Part shown: positions 12,941 to 31,245 of the stretch, piece after piece
Layout of the letters: the number at the start of each line of letters is the position of its first letter
Numbering within the stretch: position 1 is the stretch's first letter
Assembly (NCBI GenBank): GCA_951406725.2
Contig: OX597820.1
Coordinates: 44,082,001 to 44,146,000, forward strand
Reading direction: 5' to 3'
Origin: Octopus vulgaris
Taxonomy: Eukaryota
Length of the DNA stretch: 64,000 nt
Position numbers and translations under genes: made by a program
Notes under the pieces: generated by a model
What the model saw: only the letters and a program-made list of their open reading frames with translations
Told to the model about the DNA's origin: nothing
The model's database searches: none

Positions 12941-13488
12941 TATGTATATAATTAAGAGAAATAACCTCTGTTAAGCAATTCAATAGCGAAAGACATTATC
13001 CATATTAAATAGAAGGAAATTAAATATACTATAATAGATATTATTCAAAAAATCAATAAATTAAATAAACATTAAATTGACTACGCGCGTTTCGTGACTA
13101 TATCTTTAAATCGATACTATTAAAATTAATTTGATTTAAAAATATAGCCACACTTCAGGTCTAAAAGAATAAAATTAATGTATGTATCTAACCAATAAAC
13201 GTATTGTAACAATAAATAATCTAATAAAATTTAACAATATTAATGAAAAATAAATCATAACTTATTTTATCGAAGAATACGAGTTAATTTTAATAGTATC
13301 GATTTTATCATTATCGATTTAAAGATATAGTCACGAAACGCGCGTAGACAATTTAATGTTTATTCAATTTACTGATTTTTAGAATAATATGTATTATAGT
13401 ATATTTAAATTTTTTTCTATTTAATATGGATAATGTCTTTCACTATTGAATTGCTTAATAGAGGTTATTTCTCTTAATTATATACATG
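12941..13488. repeat. AT-rich inverted repeat (~190-bp arms) carrying a hammerhead-like motif
   Basis: 12941-13130 is the reverse complement of ~13285-13488 (e.g. taattaagagaaataacctct / agaggttatttctcttaatta). Confidence 0.8.
13079..13161 (-). ncRNA. Minimal type-I hammerhead-ribozyme-like motif (variant core)
   Basis: Minus strand: GAC-CUGAAGU-[GUGGCUAUAU...AUAUAGUCAC long stem II]-GAAA-CGCGCG-UA-GUC. Core A9 is U. Confidence 0.5.
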
Positions 13489-13500
13489 TATGTATGTATA

Positions 13501-13953
13501 CTCTTTACTCTTTTACTTGTTTCAGTCATTTGAATGTGGCCATGCTGGAGCACCACCTTTAGTCGAGCAAATCGACCCCAGGACTTATTCTTTGTAAGCC
13601 TAGTACTTCTTTTGTCAGTCTCTTTTGCCGAACTGCTAAATTACGGGGACGTAAACACACCAGCATCGGTTGTCAAGCGATGTTGGGGGGACAAACACAG
13701 ACACACAAACATATACACACACATACACACACACATATATATATATATATATGATTTTGATTTTGATTTTGATTTTTCCAGTTTCAGCTAATGAGCTGTG
13801 GCCATGTTGGGGCACGACAGGCTTCTTTCAGTATCCCTTTACCAAAACCACTCACAAGGCTTTGGTCGTCCCAAGGTGTCACGCAGTGGGATTGAAGTCG
13901 GAACAATGTGGTTCGTAAGCAAACTGCATACCGCCCAGCCCCTCCTACGCCTA
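13501..13953 (-). mobile_element. SINE family A, near full length, with a LINE tail inserted
   Basis: Reverse complement of 35884-36357. A CR1 tail is inserted at ~13753-13818. Confidence 0.85.
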
Positions 13954-13975
13954 TCTATATATATGTGTGTGTGTG

Positions 13976-14016
<41 letters not shown>

Positions 14017-14139
14017 GTGTGTATATATATGTATATATATGTATATATATATATATATGTGTGTGTGTACATATATGTGAGAGCATGTATGTATGTATGT
14101 ATGCATGTATGTATGTATGTATGCATGTATGTATGTATG

Positions 14140-15015
14140 ATGTTCCCCACGGCACTGTCTTGGGACCAATGCTTTTTATAGTGGCCTTTTCAGATATGTT
14201 CTCATTGGACTCAATTTACAGACGGGCTGAGAAAGTCCCACTCCCTGCGCTCCCAGCACCCAAAACTGAACGTAAAATTCACAGGATATACTGTCCCACG
14301 TGGGATTACAATCCCAGAACCTAAATCAGTGCGGGACCTGGGTATCGACATGAGTGATGAAACCTCTTTCCAACTGCACATTACGAAAATGGTGACAAAG
14401 TGCAGACGGATGGTAGGCTGGATCCTGAGAACCTTCAGAACAAGAGAGAAAGAAACAGTAAAAATTAACAGCGAACTTTGAAGTAATCCAGCGAATCTTC
14501 ACAAAGAAGATAATCTTATTGCAACAGCTCAACTACTGGGAAAGGCTGAAACAGCTAAGACTCAACTTCTTGGAGCGTAGGAGGGAGAGATATGCAGTAA
14601 TAGACATCTGGAAGATCCTGGAAGGGATTGTGCCAAATTTTGGCATTGAAAGCTACACAAATGCCAGGACGTATCGACACTATACAATTCCAATGATCTC
14701 AGCAATGCCGTCACGCTTCAGGAATAGTTACTGCAACAGCCTAGGTTTCAAGGGCCCACAGCTTTTTAATCTTCTTCCAAGGAGCTTGAGGGACCTAAAC
14801 AAAGTGAATGTAGGTGTTTTCAAATAAAAATGGATCTCATCCTGCCGAGAGTTTCACATGAACCTACCACGCGGTAGGAGGCGCAAATGAGGGCAGCGAC
14901 ATCAAACTCCCTTGTTCATTAAATGCCACATATCAGAGGAGGCTCTCAATAATAACAGTGTTACAAAATGGCAGTGCCCCAGCATCGCCACAGCTTTCAA
15001 CTGAAACTGATAAGA
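14140..15015 (+). mobile_element. CR1-group LINE 3' fragment with internal deletions
   Basis: '[19 protein letters not shown]' and 'YWERLKQLRLNFLERRRERYA..IWKILEG' (ORF 14519-14827). Tail atggcagtgccccagcatcgccacagc. Confidence 0.85.
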
Positions 15016-15054
15016 TATATTTTTTTTAGATATGTATATACATACATACATACA

Positions 15055-15090
<36 letters not shown>

Positions 15091-15099
15091 TATATATAT

Positions 15100-16690
<1,591 letters not shown>

Positions 16691-17090
16691 AATGCACGAT
16701 CATACATATCTTTAACACTGGATCAAAACAGTTGTGCAAAGTCAGAGGTTTACCGTCCACCGTCAAGTCCGGATCTGTGGCCCTTCGACTTGCACCCGTT
16801 CTTCGGTCAAATAAAGAACAATCATTTAGGACAGTGATTTGAGGATTCACACACGAGGGAAAAGTTACTGTCAAGAATTGGGTACATGAGTGCACACGAG
16901 GAAATTTTCAGGGAGGACTCGAAGGATTGGTTCAACGATGTCGTAAATGCATGGCGTGTGATGAAGACTACTTTGAGAAGTATCCTTGTATAGAAGAAGA
17001 GTTACACTGCGAGCATGTTCAATTTGAAATGACTACGTACTGTGTTAATGAAAGCGTTAGATCTATTTTGTATTGATTTCGGTTCTACCC

Positions 17091-17151
<61 letters not shown>

Positions 17152-17267
17152 TGTGTTTGTGTGCGCTCGTGTGTGCGCGTGGGTTTGTGTGTACGTGCGT
17201 AATTTATATATCATAAAAAGGGATTTAATGTATAATGAAAATTTTATATAATACAGATATGTATTGA

Positions 17268-19343
17268 AAGCAAATTGAAAGCAGTGAAAAGTCCCGCCTG
17301 AAAATAAAACTGTTGGAAATTGAAAATTGTCTGCAACTCTCCCATGAGAAGGAAAGAGCAGACAAAGAAGCCTGGGCTATAGACAACATAAAAACTAACC
17401 CCAGAGCTTTCTACAGGTATGCCAAAGAAACAGCTACGGTGCACTGTAGGATAGGGCCACTCCTTGAAAAGGATGGCACACTCACAGGAAAACCAATGAG
17501 GGTAAGTGAAATACTGAATGAACAATTCAAGAGTGTTTTCACTCCACCCCTTGGGCATCTCCAAATCACCAATCCAACTGACTTTTTTACCACTGCAGAT
17601 ATAGAATCAGAGGCGGCGACGTTAAATTACATCGATATAAAGGAAGACGATGTAATAAAGGCTATAGATGAAATGAAAATAGACTCAGCTATTGGCCCCG
17701 ATGGATTCCCGGCAATCCTCCTAAAAGCATGTAAGAGAGTCCTAGCAAGACCACTGCAGTTCCTCTTTCAGAGCTTCCTTGCAGCGGGCAAACTTCCAAG
17801 AAAACTGAAGGAAGGTAAAATATGCCCTATTCATAAAGGAGGTAGCAGAGCGGAGGCCAAGAACTACAGACCTATCTCTCTGACCTCACATATCAGCAAG
17901 GTCATGGAACGAATAGTCAGAAGGAAACTAATCACCTTCCTTGAAGAAAATTACCTGCTGCCTGACACCCAACATGGTTTCCGACCAGGAAGAAGCTGCT
18001 TAACTCAGCTCCTGCAGCACTATGACTGGGTGCTGAAACAACTGCTCAACCACTCAAATGTGGAAGTCATATATCTCGACTTCGCAAAGGCCTTCGATAA
18101 AGTCGATCATGGAATGATATGTCACAAGCTGCGTGATCTTGGCATAGTTGGAAAACTAGGAGAATGGCTTCACGACTTTCTGAAGAATAGAAGTCAGGTG
18201 GTAGTAGCCAATGGGGCCACTTCCATTAGCACGCAAATAGTGAGCGGTGTTCCACAGGGCACTGTTTTGGGACCACTACTGTTCATAATGGCCCTCTCAG
18301 ACATGCCCTCAGCCACGCGGAGAGCCACGATCACAAGTTATGCAGATGATACAAAAGTTTCACAGGCAATACAGAACCCTGAAGACACTAGGCACCTGCA
18401 ATTTGAGCTGGACGAAATATACAAGTGGGCTGAAAAGAATAGCATGCAGTTCAATGCTGAAAAGTTTCAAGCTTTATACTATCAGCATGCAAAACTGAAT
18501 GCAATACCCAAGGAATACACTGGACCCGGAGGGATTGCAATCCCAGAGGCACAATCAGTGCGTGACCTGGGTATTCACATGAGTGATGACGCGACCTTTC
18601 ATGTACATGTTGCTAAACTGACAATGAAATGCAGACGGCTGGCTGGATGGATTCTTAGAACCTTTAGAACAAGAGAACAAGAAACCATGATGGTCCTCTG
18701 GAAGACACTTGTCCTAAGTCACTTTGACTATTGCTCTCAGCTATGGTCACCATCCAGTGTCAAGTTGATCACAGAACTTGAGGCGATCCAACGAAGCTAC
18801 ACGAAGAAGATAGCCTCTATGCAGAATGTAAGCTACTGGGAAAGACTCAAGAGATTAAAATTTTATTCCCTGGAGCGTAGGCGGGAAAGATATGCCATAA
18901 TATACATCTGGAAGATCCTGGAGGGAAGTGTCCTGAACTTTGGCATCGAGAGTTACGCAAACGCCAGAACTGGGCGCCACTGCGTGGTGCCTAGGACTCC
19001 AAACTTGCCATCAAGATGTAGGACAAGATTCTGTGATAGCCTGGGCTTCCGAGGCCCACAGCTCTTCAATATCCTCCCGATGAACCTGAGAGACCTGCAT
19101 GGGGTGGATACAGATGTCTTTAAAATGGAGCTGGATCTCTTCCTGTCAGGTGTCCCAGATGAACCAACTTCACGGCAGGAGGGGCAGATGAGGGCAGCTG
19201 CATCGAACTCTCTCATGCACCAAATAGCAGTTGCTAGAAAGCCTCCATGAAGTGAAACCAAGTAGCAACACCAAATGGCGGTGCCCCAGCATGGCCACAG
19301 CTCATAAGCTGAAACTGGAATCAATCAATCAATCAATCAATCA
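17268..19343 (+). mobile_element. 5'-truncated CR1-group non-LTR retrotransposon with 3' UTR and (TCAA)n tail
   Basis: Open RT frame. 3' end ggcggtgccccagcatggccacagctcataagctgaaactggaa followed by (tcaa)n. Flanked by microsatellites. Confidence 0.9.
17313..19250 (+). CDS. LINE ORF2 reverse transcriptase (C-terminal 645 aa; endonuclease missing)
   Basis: RT motifs GPDG, NYRPISLTS, QHGFRPGRSC, YLDFAKAFDKV, SGVPQGTVLGP, YADD, RDLG, plus the CR1-like C-terminus 'YWERLKRLKFYSLERRRER'. No stops. The TTG start is not a real start; the frame is open from ~17268. Confidence 0.9.
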   Translation: MEIENCLQLSHEKERADKEAWAIDNIKTNPRAFYRYAKETATVHCRIGPLLEKDGTLTGKPMRVSEILNEQFKSVFTPPLGHLQITNPTDFFTTADIESEAATLNYIDIKEDDVIKAIDEMKIDSAIGPDGFPAILLKACKRVLARPLQFLFQSFLAAGKLPRKLKEGKICPIHKGGSRAEAKNYRPISLTSHISKVMERIVRRKLITFLEENYLLPDTQHGFRPGRSCLTQLLQHYDWVLKQLLNHSNVEVIYLDFAKAFDKVDHGMICHKLRDLGIVGKLGEWLHDFLKNRSQVVVANGATSISTQIVSGVPQGTVLGPLLFIMALSDMPSATRRATITSYADDTKVSQAIQNPEDTRHLQFELDEIYKWAEKNSMQFNAEKFQALYYQHAKLNAIPKEYTGPGGIAIPEAQSVRDLGIHMSDDATFHVHVAKLTMKCRRLAGWILRTFRTREQETMMVLWKTLVLSHFDYCSQLWSPSSVKLITELEAIQRSYTKKIASMQNVSYWERLKRLKFYSLERRRERYAIIYIWKILEGSVLNFGIESYANARTGRHCVVPRTPNLPSRCRTRFCDSLGFRGPQLFNILPMNLRDLHGVDTDVFKMELDLFLSGVPDEPTSRQEGQMRAAASNSLMHQIAVARKPP

Positions 19344-22135
<2,792 letters not shown>

Positions 22136-22139
22136 ACAT

Positions 22140-22285
22140 AGGCGCAGGAGTGGGTGTGTGGTAAGTAGCTTGCTTACCAACCATATGATTCTGGGTTCAG
22201 TCCCACTGCGCGGCACCTTGGGAAAGTGTTTTCTACTATAGCCTAGTGAATGGACTTGGTTGACGGAAACTGAAAGAAGCTCCTC

Positions 22286-22362
<77 letters not shown>

Positions 22363-22596
22363 CGTATGTATGTATGTGTGTGTGTGTGTATGTCTTTGTT
22401 TGTTTCCCCTCCACCAACACCATCGCTTGACAACCGAATCTGGTGTGTTTACGTGCTTGTATGTTAGCGATTTGGCAAAACAGAGCGATAGAATAAGTAC
22501 TATTCTTACAAAAAATAAGATCTGTGGTCGATTTACTCGACTAAAGACGAAATCCAGCAGGATGGCAGTCAAATAACTGAAACAAGTAAAAGAATA
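22140..22596 (+). mobile_element. SINE family A
   Basis: Head ggcgcaggagtgggtgtgtggtaagtag (A box) and gggttcagtccc (B box), internal microsatellite, tail ctgaaacaagtaaaag. Confidence 0.85.
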
Positions 22597-22601
22597 GAAG
22601 A

Positions 22602-22661
<60 letters not shown>

Positions 22662-22667
<6 letters not shown>

Positions 22668-23528
22668 TGCGATGGTTAAATTGTCGCCATTTTACATTTT
22701 TTAATTTCATGCAAGTACATTGCTTGTTTTCGATTTTATCTGCTACACAGTATAGTGGGGTCAATTGGGCACTGTCTGCGAGAAAAATAGTGCCATGATA
22801 TAATTCACTCTGCCCGAAATTTTGGAAACGACATGCTGCACTGCTTGGCATTCTCGCCGGAAGCTCCAATACGAACATTTCATTGTGTTTGAGTGTGAAT
22901 CTGGGGATAGGTCAATCTGAGGACATGTATCCAGAGTGAAAAAATCTAACATACAGTCAACATCATTGATGTTTGGACTGACCACTAGTGATGGCGACGT
23001 TATGCCTCCATTCATCTCCCCCACACGACCTCACACTCAACAAGGAGGCCTACAACAAGTGCCTGGATGAGGTAGTGCTGCCCTGGGTGAAGTGGGTGGC
23101 TGCTGGAAGACCCTATGTCTGGCAACAAGACTCTGTACCATGCCACACAAGCAGGAGAACCCAGTCATGGCTGTCAAACAATTTCTGTGACTACATCACA
23201 CCTAACATCTGGCCACCTAACTCTCCAGACTGCAACCCATTTGATTACTATATGTGGGGCACAGTTGAGCGAGAGACCAACAAAAATTCTTGTAACGCTA
23301 GAGATGAACTGCGAGCAGGGATTATGGCAGCATTCACCAACTTAAACAAGAAGCCGTCCAGAAGAAATGCTGGAGATTTCTGGAGGCCGTAGTTGAAGCC
23401 AGTGGCGATTTTATTAATTAATTTACTCTTTAGTATTTCAAGATATTTTAATGTAATTTTGGTAAATGTATCTGTTAAAATGAGATGTCAGGTTATTTTC
23501 ATTTTTGCGTAATTTAGACGACACCCTG
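22662..23528 (+). mobile_element. Tc1/mariner DD37D (maT-like) transposon remnant
   Basis: ORF 22988-23392 'WQQDSVPCH...WPPNSPDCNPFDY' has 37 residues between the second and third Asp. Right end ...gacaccctg|ta. Confidence 0.8.
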
Positions 23529-23534
23529 TATATA

Positions 23535-23570
<36 letters not shown>

Positions 23571-23989
23571 TGTATGTATGTATGTATGTATGTATGTATG
23601 TATAAGCACGACATACCATATATAAAAAGGTGAAAATAAATCTAAAGTTGTTAAAGCTTTCACCTTGAAATTTTTAAACAGTATAAAATACAATTTAGCA
23701 TTATTTCACAGACGAAAATAAAAGAGAATATCTTGCCATGTTTCACGCTTTACGACCACTCATCAGAGGACACTGCCAATGAACAGATCGTGTAGTATTT
23801 ACTATTTAAATCAAACACTAGCTAGAATTTAGCTGTACTGGCTAGATGCATGTCTGCACAGAGCTTTAGAAACGAAAGTTTTCTTAGGTTTGTCTGGAAC
23901 AACTTATGCGGTACATAAACGTTTATCATTTATGCCTAAGTATAAAAATTATTCCTGTTTACAGTTGAATTGTGGATTTTTTTATTTTC

Positions 23990-24600
<611 letters not shown>

Positions 24601-25074
24601 CTTTATGTTTATATTTACACCTCAATTGATTTATTCTTTCCTTAATGGTGGTGTTGGAGTCGGTTTTGTGATCATTTTGGCCTTCTTGGTACGTCTGTTA
24701 CTTATACCCGCTGCACAATACCTCTGGATTTCTGTAAATAGTTCCTGGGTGTTTCTGAAATTAAACTGATTGGAAAGATTGTCTACAGCAGATTGTCATA
24801 ATCCAAGCTATTAATTAAGTGATGAATCTCTTGTACGTGACAATTTTGCCTCATTTTCTGGATCATATTTATTCGAATCTGGTTTAGGGTGGGGTCAATA
24901 AACCTAGCTTTTTGGTTTTTCATTTGTTTATTATGTTTGATAGACAAATTTACGTAACTTGTCAGTAAGTATATGCATCTGAATTAGCCTACCTTACTTT
25001 GAAGAAAGCTAAAGAGATATGGAGAGAAACAGTTAAAGTATTCAATTTACTTTGAAGGGAATATGTTAATATAT

Positions 25075-25226
25075 ATAAAGGGTAAAGACCCCCTTCGTTC
25101 AAAAAGAGGGTCTTTGACCATGGGAATGCGCCTAGAAAGTTCCCCTCCGAGGCATAAGTCCGGGCAAGGTTGTATATGGAAGACCAGCATTTGCCCATGC
25201 ATACCAGCCTCCCTTCTCCACGCCAT
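25075..25226 (-). mobile_element. SINE/RTE-related repeat fragment
   Basis: Reverse complement of 57225-57325 (ccttgcccag...cctcgagg..aactttctaggtgcaatcccatggtca). Confidence 0.5.
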
Positions 25227-25714
25227 CTACTAAGCCATGCGCCTTCATGATAGATATACGTTTACAAATGCACCATGGACGTTTACATCACATCTAGAGC
25301 CAACTTAGTGTTTAAGTTACCGCAACAAGCATAACGTGGAATTTTGTCAAGAACCTCATCAGTATGCGTTATACCAATGCGTTTCACATACAGCGGTACA
25401 TGCAGGGTCTGTCTTAGTAGTGTTATAGGTCCCGGGGCAAATAAATGCACTGGACCCCCTATTAGTTGTCTTCTTACAGCAAACTAAACTATTAATAGAT
25501 CAGAACTGAGCCCCTAAACTGGTGAGGATCCCGGGCAAGTGTACAATGAGCCAAAGAAGACGATAATCAGTATATGAGCACATGTATAAACATAATGAAC
25601 AACAGTGCTAGCGATGGGTTGATCGAATGTATGCATATTAATGTTTTTTCCTTGTAAGGTATAACCAATCATGGGTGTCGTGAACGACTTCTTTCTTTTT
25701 TTTTTTTTTTTTTG

Positions 25715-25806
25715 CTAAAAACACAACACACAACCCGGTTCCAGGAATCGAACGCACTACCTCATGATTGTGAACCCGACACTCTAACCACTGAGCTATG
25801 CGCCTT
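25715..25806 (-). mobile_element. tRNA-derived SINE head
   Basis: Minus strand ggcgcatagctcagtggttagag (A box) ... gcgttcgattcctgg (B box) ... tgtgttgtgttttt. Confidence 0.6.
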
Positions 25807-26902
25807 TTTAAAGATAGTAATATGTAATCTGGCTGCTATTTCTAACAGGTCGAGCAAAATAATCATGTCACTGATGACTGAATAAATGATAGTTGTGTCG
25901 TACATTGATTCAAGCCGTGAACAAAACACTTGCGGCATTTACTTACCTCCATTTTACATTCTGGATTGAAATTCTGCTTTTATCGACTGTCTTATATCTT
26001 TGAGTCAATAAAATCAGTCCAATCTGTTCTACCCTCGATTATATGGACTTTTACACATTCGCAAAATGCCTATCTGACCTTGTTTAAGCTTCATTATATA
26101 ACTGATGTTCTTAGACAAAATGGGAAATTCTAAAATTAAAATTGCACCAAACGGACGGCGGAACGAAGATGTATTTTCACAGGTAATTCAGTAGCAATGA
26201 GGTCTTTCCCGCGGGTAGCAACCACAATGAATGTACAAAACGATTAATCATCACTGCCTTCGCCCGATGAACCGTTTTCCATTTTCCATGACCTGGATTC
26301 GCGTCAATCGAATGGATATCACTCACCACCGTCCACTAGGTAATTTGCCTGTATTTCATTTAAATAGTTATTACATTTCTCTGTCTAAATACTTATTGCT
26401 ATAAATATATTTGTTTTAAATACATTCTCTGATTTGTAAATGAATATATTATATTTTCTTCCCTCTATCTCGATCGTGAAACATAAATAAGCATAAATAT
26501 TTCTTTTTTTTTTTATCCATTCATTTTTTGTTTGTTTTGCTTCATGATATCTTAGAAAAGCAGTTATACAATTTCTATCAATTGTCAGATTATTCAAGCG
26601 CCATCTATTAGTTGTCGTGAAAAGTTTTCTGTATATTAGCCAAATAATTGAAATATCTTGACTAAGATCATTAAACAAGTACATCATTTTTTCTTTTCTT
26701 GCTTTATTTATTATATTATTCAATTATATACACACATATATATAATCTGTGTTTATTTTTACTACTATCTCTATTCCTATCTGCGATAAAACGTCAAAAC
26801 TTTAGAAAGCGAAAAAGTATATTATACATATATATATACATCTACGCGTAGCATATACACATAGATTATACACATATATACACAAATACGTAAATACATA
26901 TA

Positions 26903-26969
<67 letters not shown>

Positions 26970-27488
26970 GAATGTAAAACTGATAAAGTCGACCTCAACG
27001 GGGAAAGTGTTTCAACAACTGAACGGAATTAAGATACCTTTAAAACTCGCACAAAAACCTATCTCGTTAAGCATATTAAGAGTACATACTAATGATAATC
27101 CTTTTTAGAGTATTAAATGAGACTAAAAATCGTCCAAATAATTCCGTTATCAACTTAGCTGAAATAAAAGAAAACAGAAGAAAAAAAATTAAACTAAAAA
27201 GAAGGAAAAAGTCAAGATGGGAAACGAAAAGACTAATTTTCATTGGTTTCACTCAGAACTGCAGTATAGCACTAATTTCACATCTTATTCTACCAAACTT
27301 CCTAATCTGTATTATTTTATCGAAAAATAACTTTGTGAACGAAATGTAGTTGTTTTTTGAGTTCTAAAGTTATCTGGGTACATACACATGCACACACAAA
27401 CACAAAACACATGCACATGCACACAAAAGCACATACATACATATATATATATACATGCATACATACATGCATACATAAATACATACAT

Positions 27489-27535
<47 letters not shown>

Positions 27536-27546
27536 TACACATATAT

Positions 27547-27940
27547 GCCTGCCGTGTAATATGGTTGTAGTTAAGATGTTCACTTTGGAACGACACAGTT
27601 GCGGGTTCAGTCTCACTGCGTGGTACTTTGGGCAAGTGTCCTCTACAAGAGCTCCGGATCGACTAGTGAATTTGTAGGTAGAAAGGGTGTGAAAACCATC
27701 CGCGTGTGAGTATGTGCGCTCGCGCCTGTCTTTGTATCAGTGTTTGCCCCTACCTGCCGCTTGACAACTGACGATGTGATTTTCACGTTCCATAACATGA
27801 CGGTTCGGCAAAAGAGACCGCTAGAATAAGTACCAGACTTGAGAAATAAATAAATATGGGTATAGTAGTTCGACTACAGCTCCTCAAGCTGGTACCCAGT
27901 CATGGTTTGCAGTCCAATGTCTGAAAAAGTAAAAGAAAAC
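27547..27940 (+). mobile_element. SINE family A, diverged
   Basis: gggttcagtctcactgcgtggtactttgggcaagtgtc ... ggttcggcaaaagagaccgctagaataagtacc. Confidence 0.75.
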
Positions 27941-28689
27941 GATTAAATATGTATGTGTATCCGTTTGTGTATGACTGTGTGTGTGCGTGCGCGCTTGTGT
28001 GGCGGTGGGGGGTGCGTTTGTGTGTGTGTGTGTGTGTGTTTGTGTATGTATATATCTTAGGTGCAGTATAGCCGAATCTTTACCGAATGTTCAAAAAGTT
28101 CGCTTCGCAACTACAATCTCACAGCATGATATTTTAAGCATGTGTCATTTTATATAGCCTTAGGTCGATCTATAACTGGCAAAGAAAATCACTTAGATGG
28201 AAACTGTATAGAAGCCCTTCGCTCGATTGTACCTGTAATGCAAAAGTCCAGTCTTGTCATACAGTTTTTATACTAGTTCTCACTGTTTCCTCTAGTGAAA
28301 TTGATATTAAGTCACAGACAGGAATGTACTGTAAGTCGGAATCCTTAAGTTATTGAACTTAACCTTACAATATAAGCATTCTTCCATTATAGGTGTGTCC
28401 CCATATGTACTAAATCTTTTATAGATTAAGAGTTGTTGGGTAATTTAGCTACTGAAGTACCCTTTTCGGCAAATCATAGGTTTACATAAGCCGGAGCTAT
28501 TTCATTCTTTGCTTGACACAGATCAATTTTCAACTTTATTGTATATTTCTTCGATTAGCGGATTTATTGATAATAGTTTCATCCTTCGATCTCTGTCCAC
28601 TATTCCCTGGAGGGTCGTGGAATTTAAGTCCTCAGACACCTCCTCCATAGGGTCCTATCAAAAGCAAACCGTCATTATAATTTCTTGCT

Positions 28690-29190
28690 GGATTACCATG
28701 CGTGGCCAACTGAGATTACAGATATTATCCGACCATGTGTTTCTTAATCTACCCCTAACTCTCTTCCCGGTTGGCTCGATTTGAAGAATTCGCCCAGCGA
28801 CTCTTTCCTTGGACATTCTTATCACATGTCCTTAATACTGGAGCTGTGACTTCTCAATGCAGAGAAGTAACAACTCGACCTGGAGGGATTCCCTGACCTC
28901 CGAGCTTATGTCATCTGTCGAGAAACGTTACTCCAGAGATCCTTCGGAGGAATTCCATTTCGGCAGCTTGTATTCACAGTCGTACTCTTTCGGTCATTAT
29001 TGAACAAACATGACCCTAGTTGGGAATAGACGTGAAAACCGAATAGAAGTAGCTAGTTTGGCATTCATACCAACCTTTCTTCTTTTGACGATTGAATGAT
29101 GGAGCTTGCACACTATTGTGCAATAAGTTGCAAGTCCAGCGTACAATTTAGCCTCCTGCTTCCTATGACTTCTGAGTACAACCACGATGA
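28690..29190 (-). mobile_element. RTE-clade LINE ORF C-terminal fragment
   Basis: Minus strand reads approximately 'IQAAEMEFLRRISGV...EVRESLQVE...IEKSQLQY*GHVIRM', typical of the RTE C-terminus. Confidence 0.7.
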
Positions 29191-29782
29191 ATTTGGTTTG
29201 CTTTCTAACTAGATTCCATCACTCTTTCACTTACATGCAGATTTTGAATTTGTTTCTGAGTAGAGATTACATGTCGTGATTGGTGAATGCCTAACTATCA
29301 CGAAGGCAACACATACTTCAATTATACAGGATATGTACATATGTTTATATGAAATGTTGCGTGTCCATGTTGTGGTGTCCTATAGAACGTATCTATAGGT
29401 TTCTGTTTTTCTATTCAACATTGTGTGTTACGACTATTGTAAATAATTCCTACGTACAATAAGTCTTCGAATAGTGAAAAGGGGCAAAGGCTATACGTAC
29501 GTTTCGACTCTTTTTGGAGTCAATTATCATTAGCTTTGTACTACCATTGAAACGTATGTATATATGTATATATACATACATGTGTGTGTGGGCGTGCGTG
29601 TGTGAGTTAGATTTGTCTTAGACTATAAAAATACTAAAAATGCGATCCGTTGTAAGTTTGCACTGGGAATGTTTTCAGTAATTTTCAAACTTATTAAACT
29701 CATACATACAACAATATACACACGCTGAAGATATATATTTATGGTCTGCATATGTATATATATATATATACATATATATATA

Positions 29783-31245
<1,463 letters not shown>

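Noticed and set aside
17313-19250. Host gene, retron or group II intron RT
   Set aside because: The CR1-type C-terminus, 3' tail repeat, 5' truncation and multiple decayed paralogues show it is a LINE.
25715-25806. Functional tRNA gene (also 38258, 39780, 61990)
   Set aside because: A/B boxes are present, but the cloverleaf is imperfect and the sequence runs into SINE body.
26300-26352. Minus-strand micro-exon (CAG...GTGAGT)
   Set aside because: The donor is good but there is no polypyrimidine tract, and nothing else supports it.
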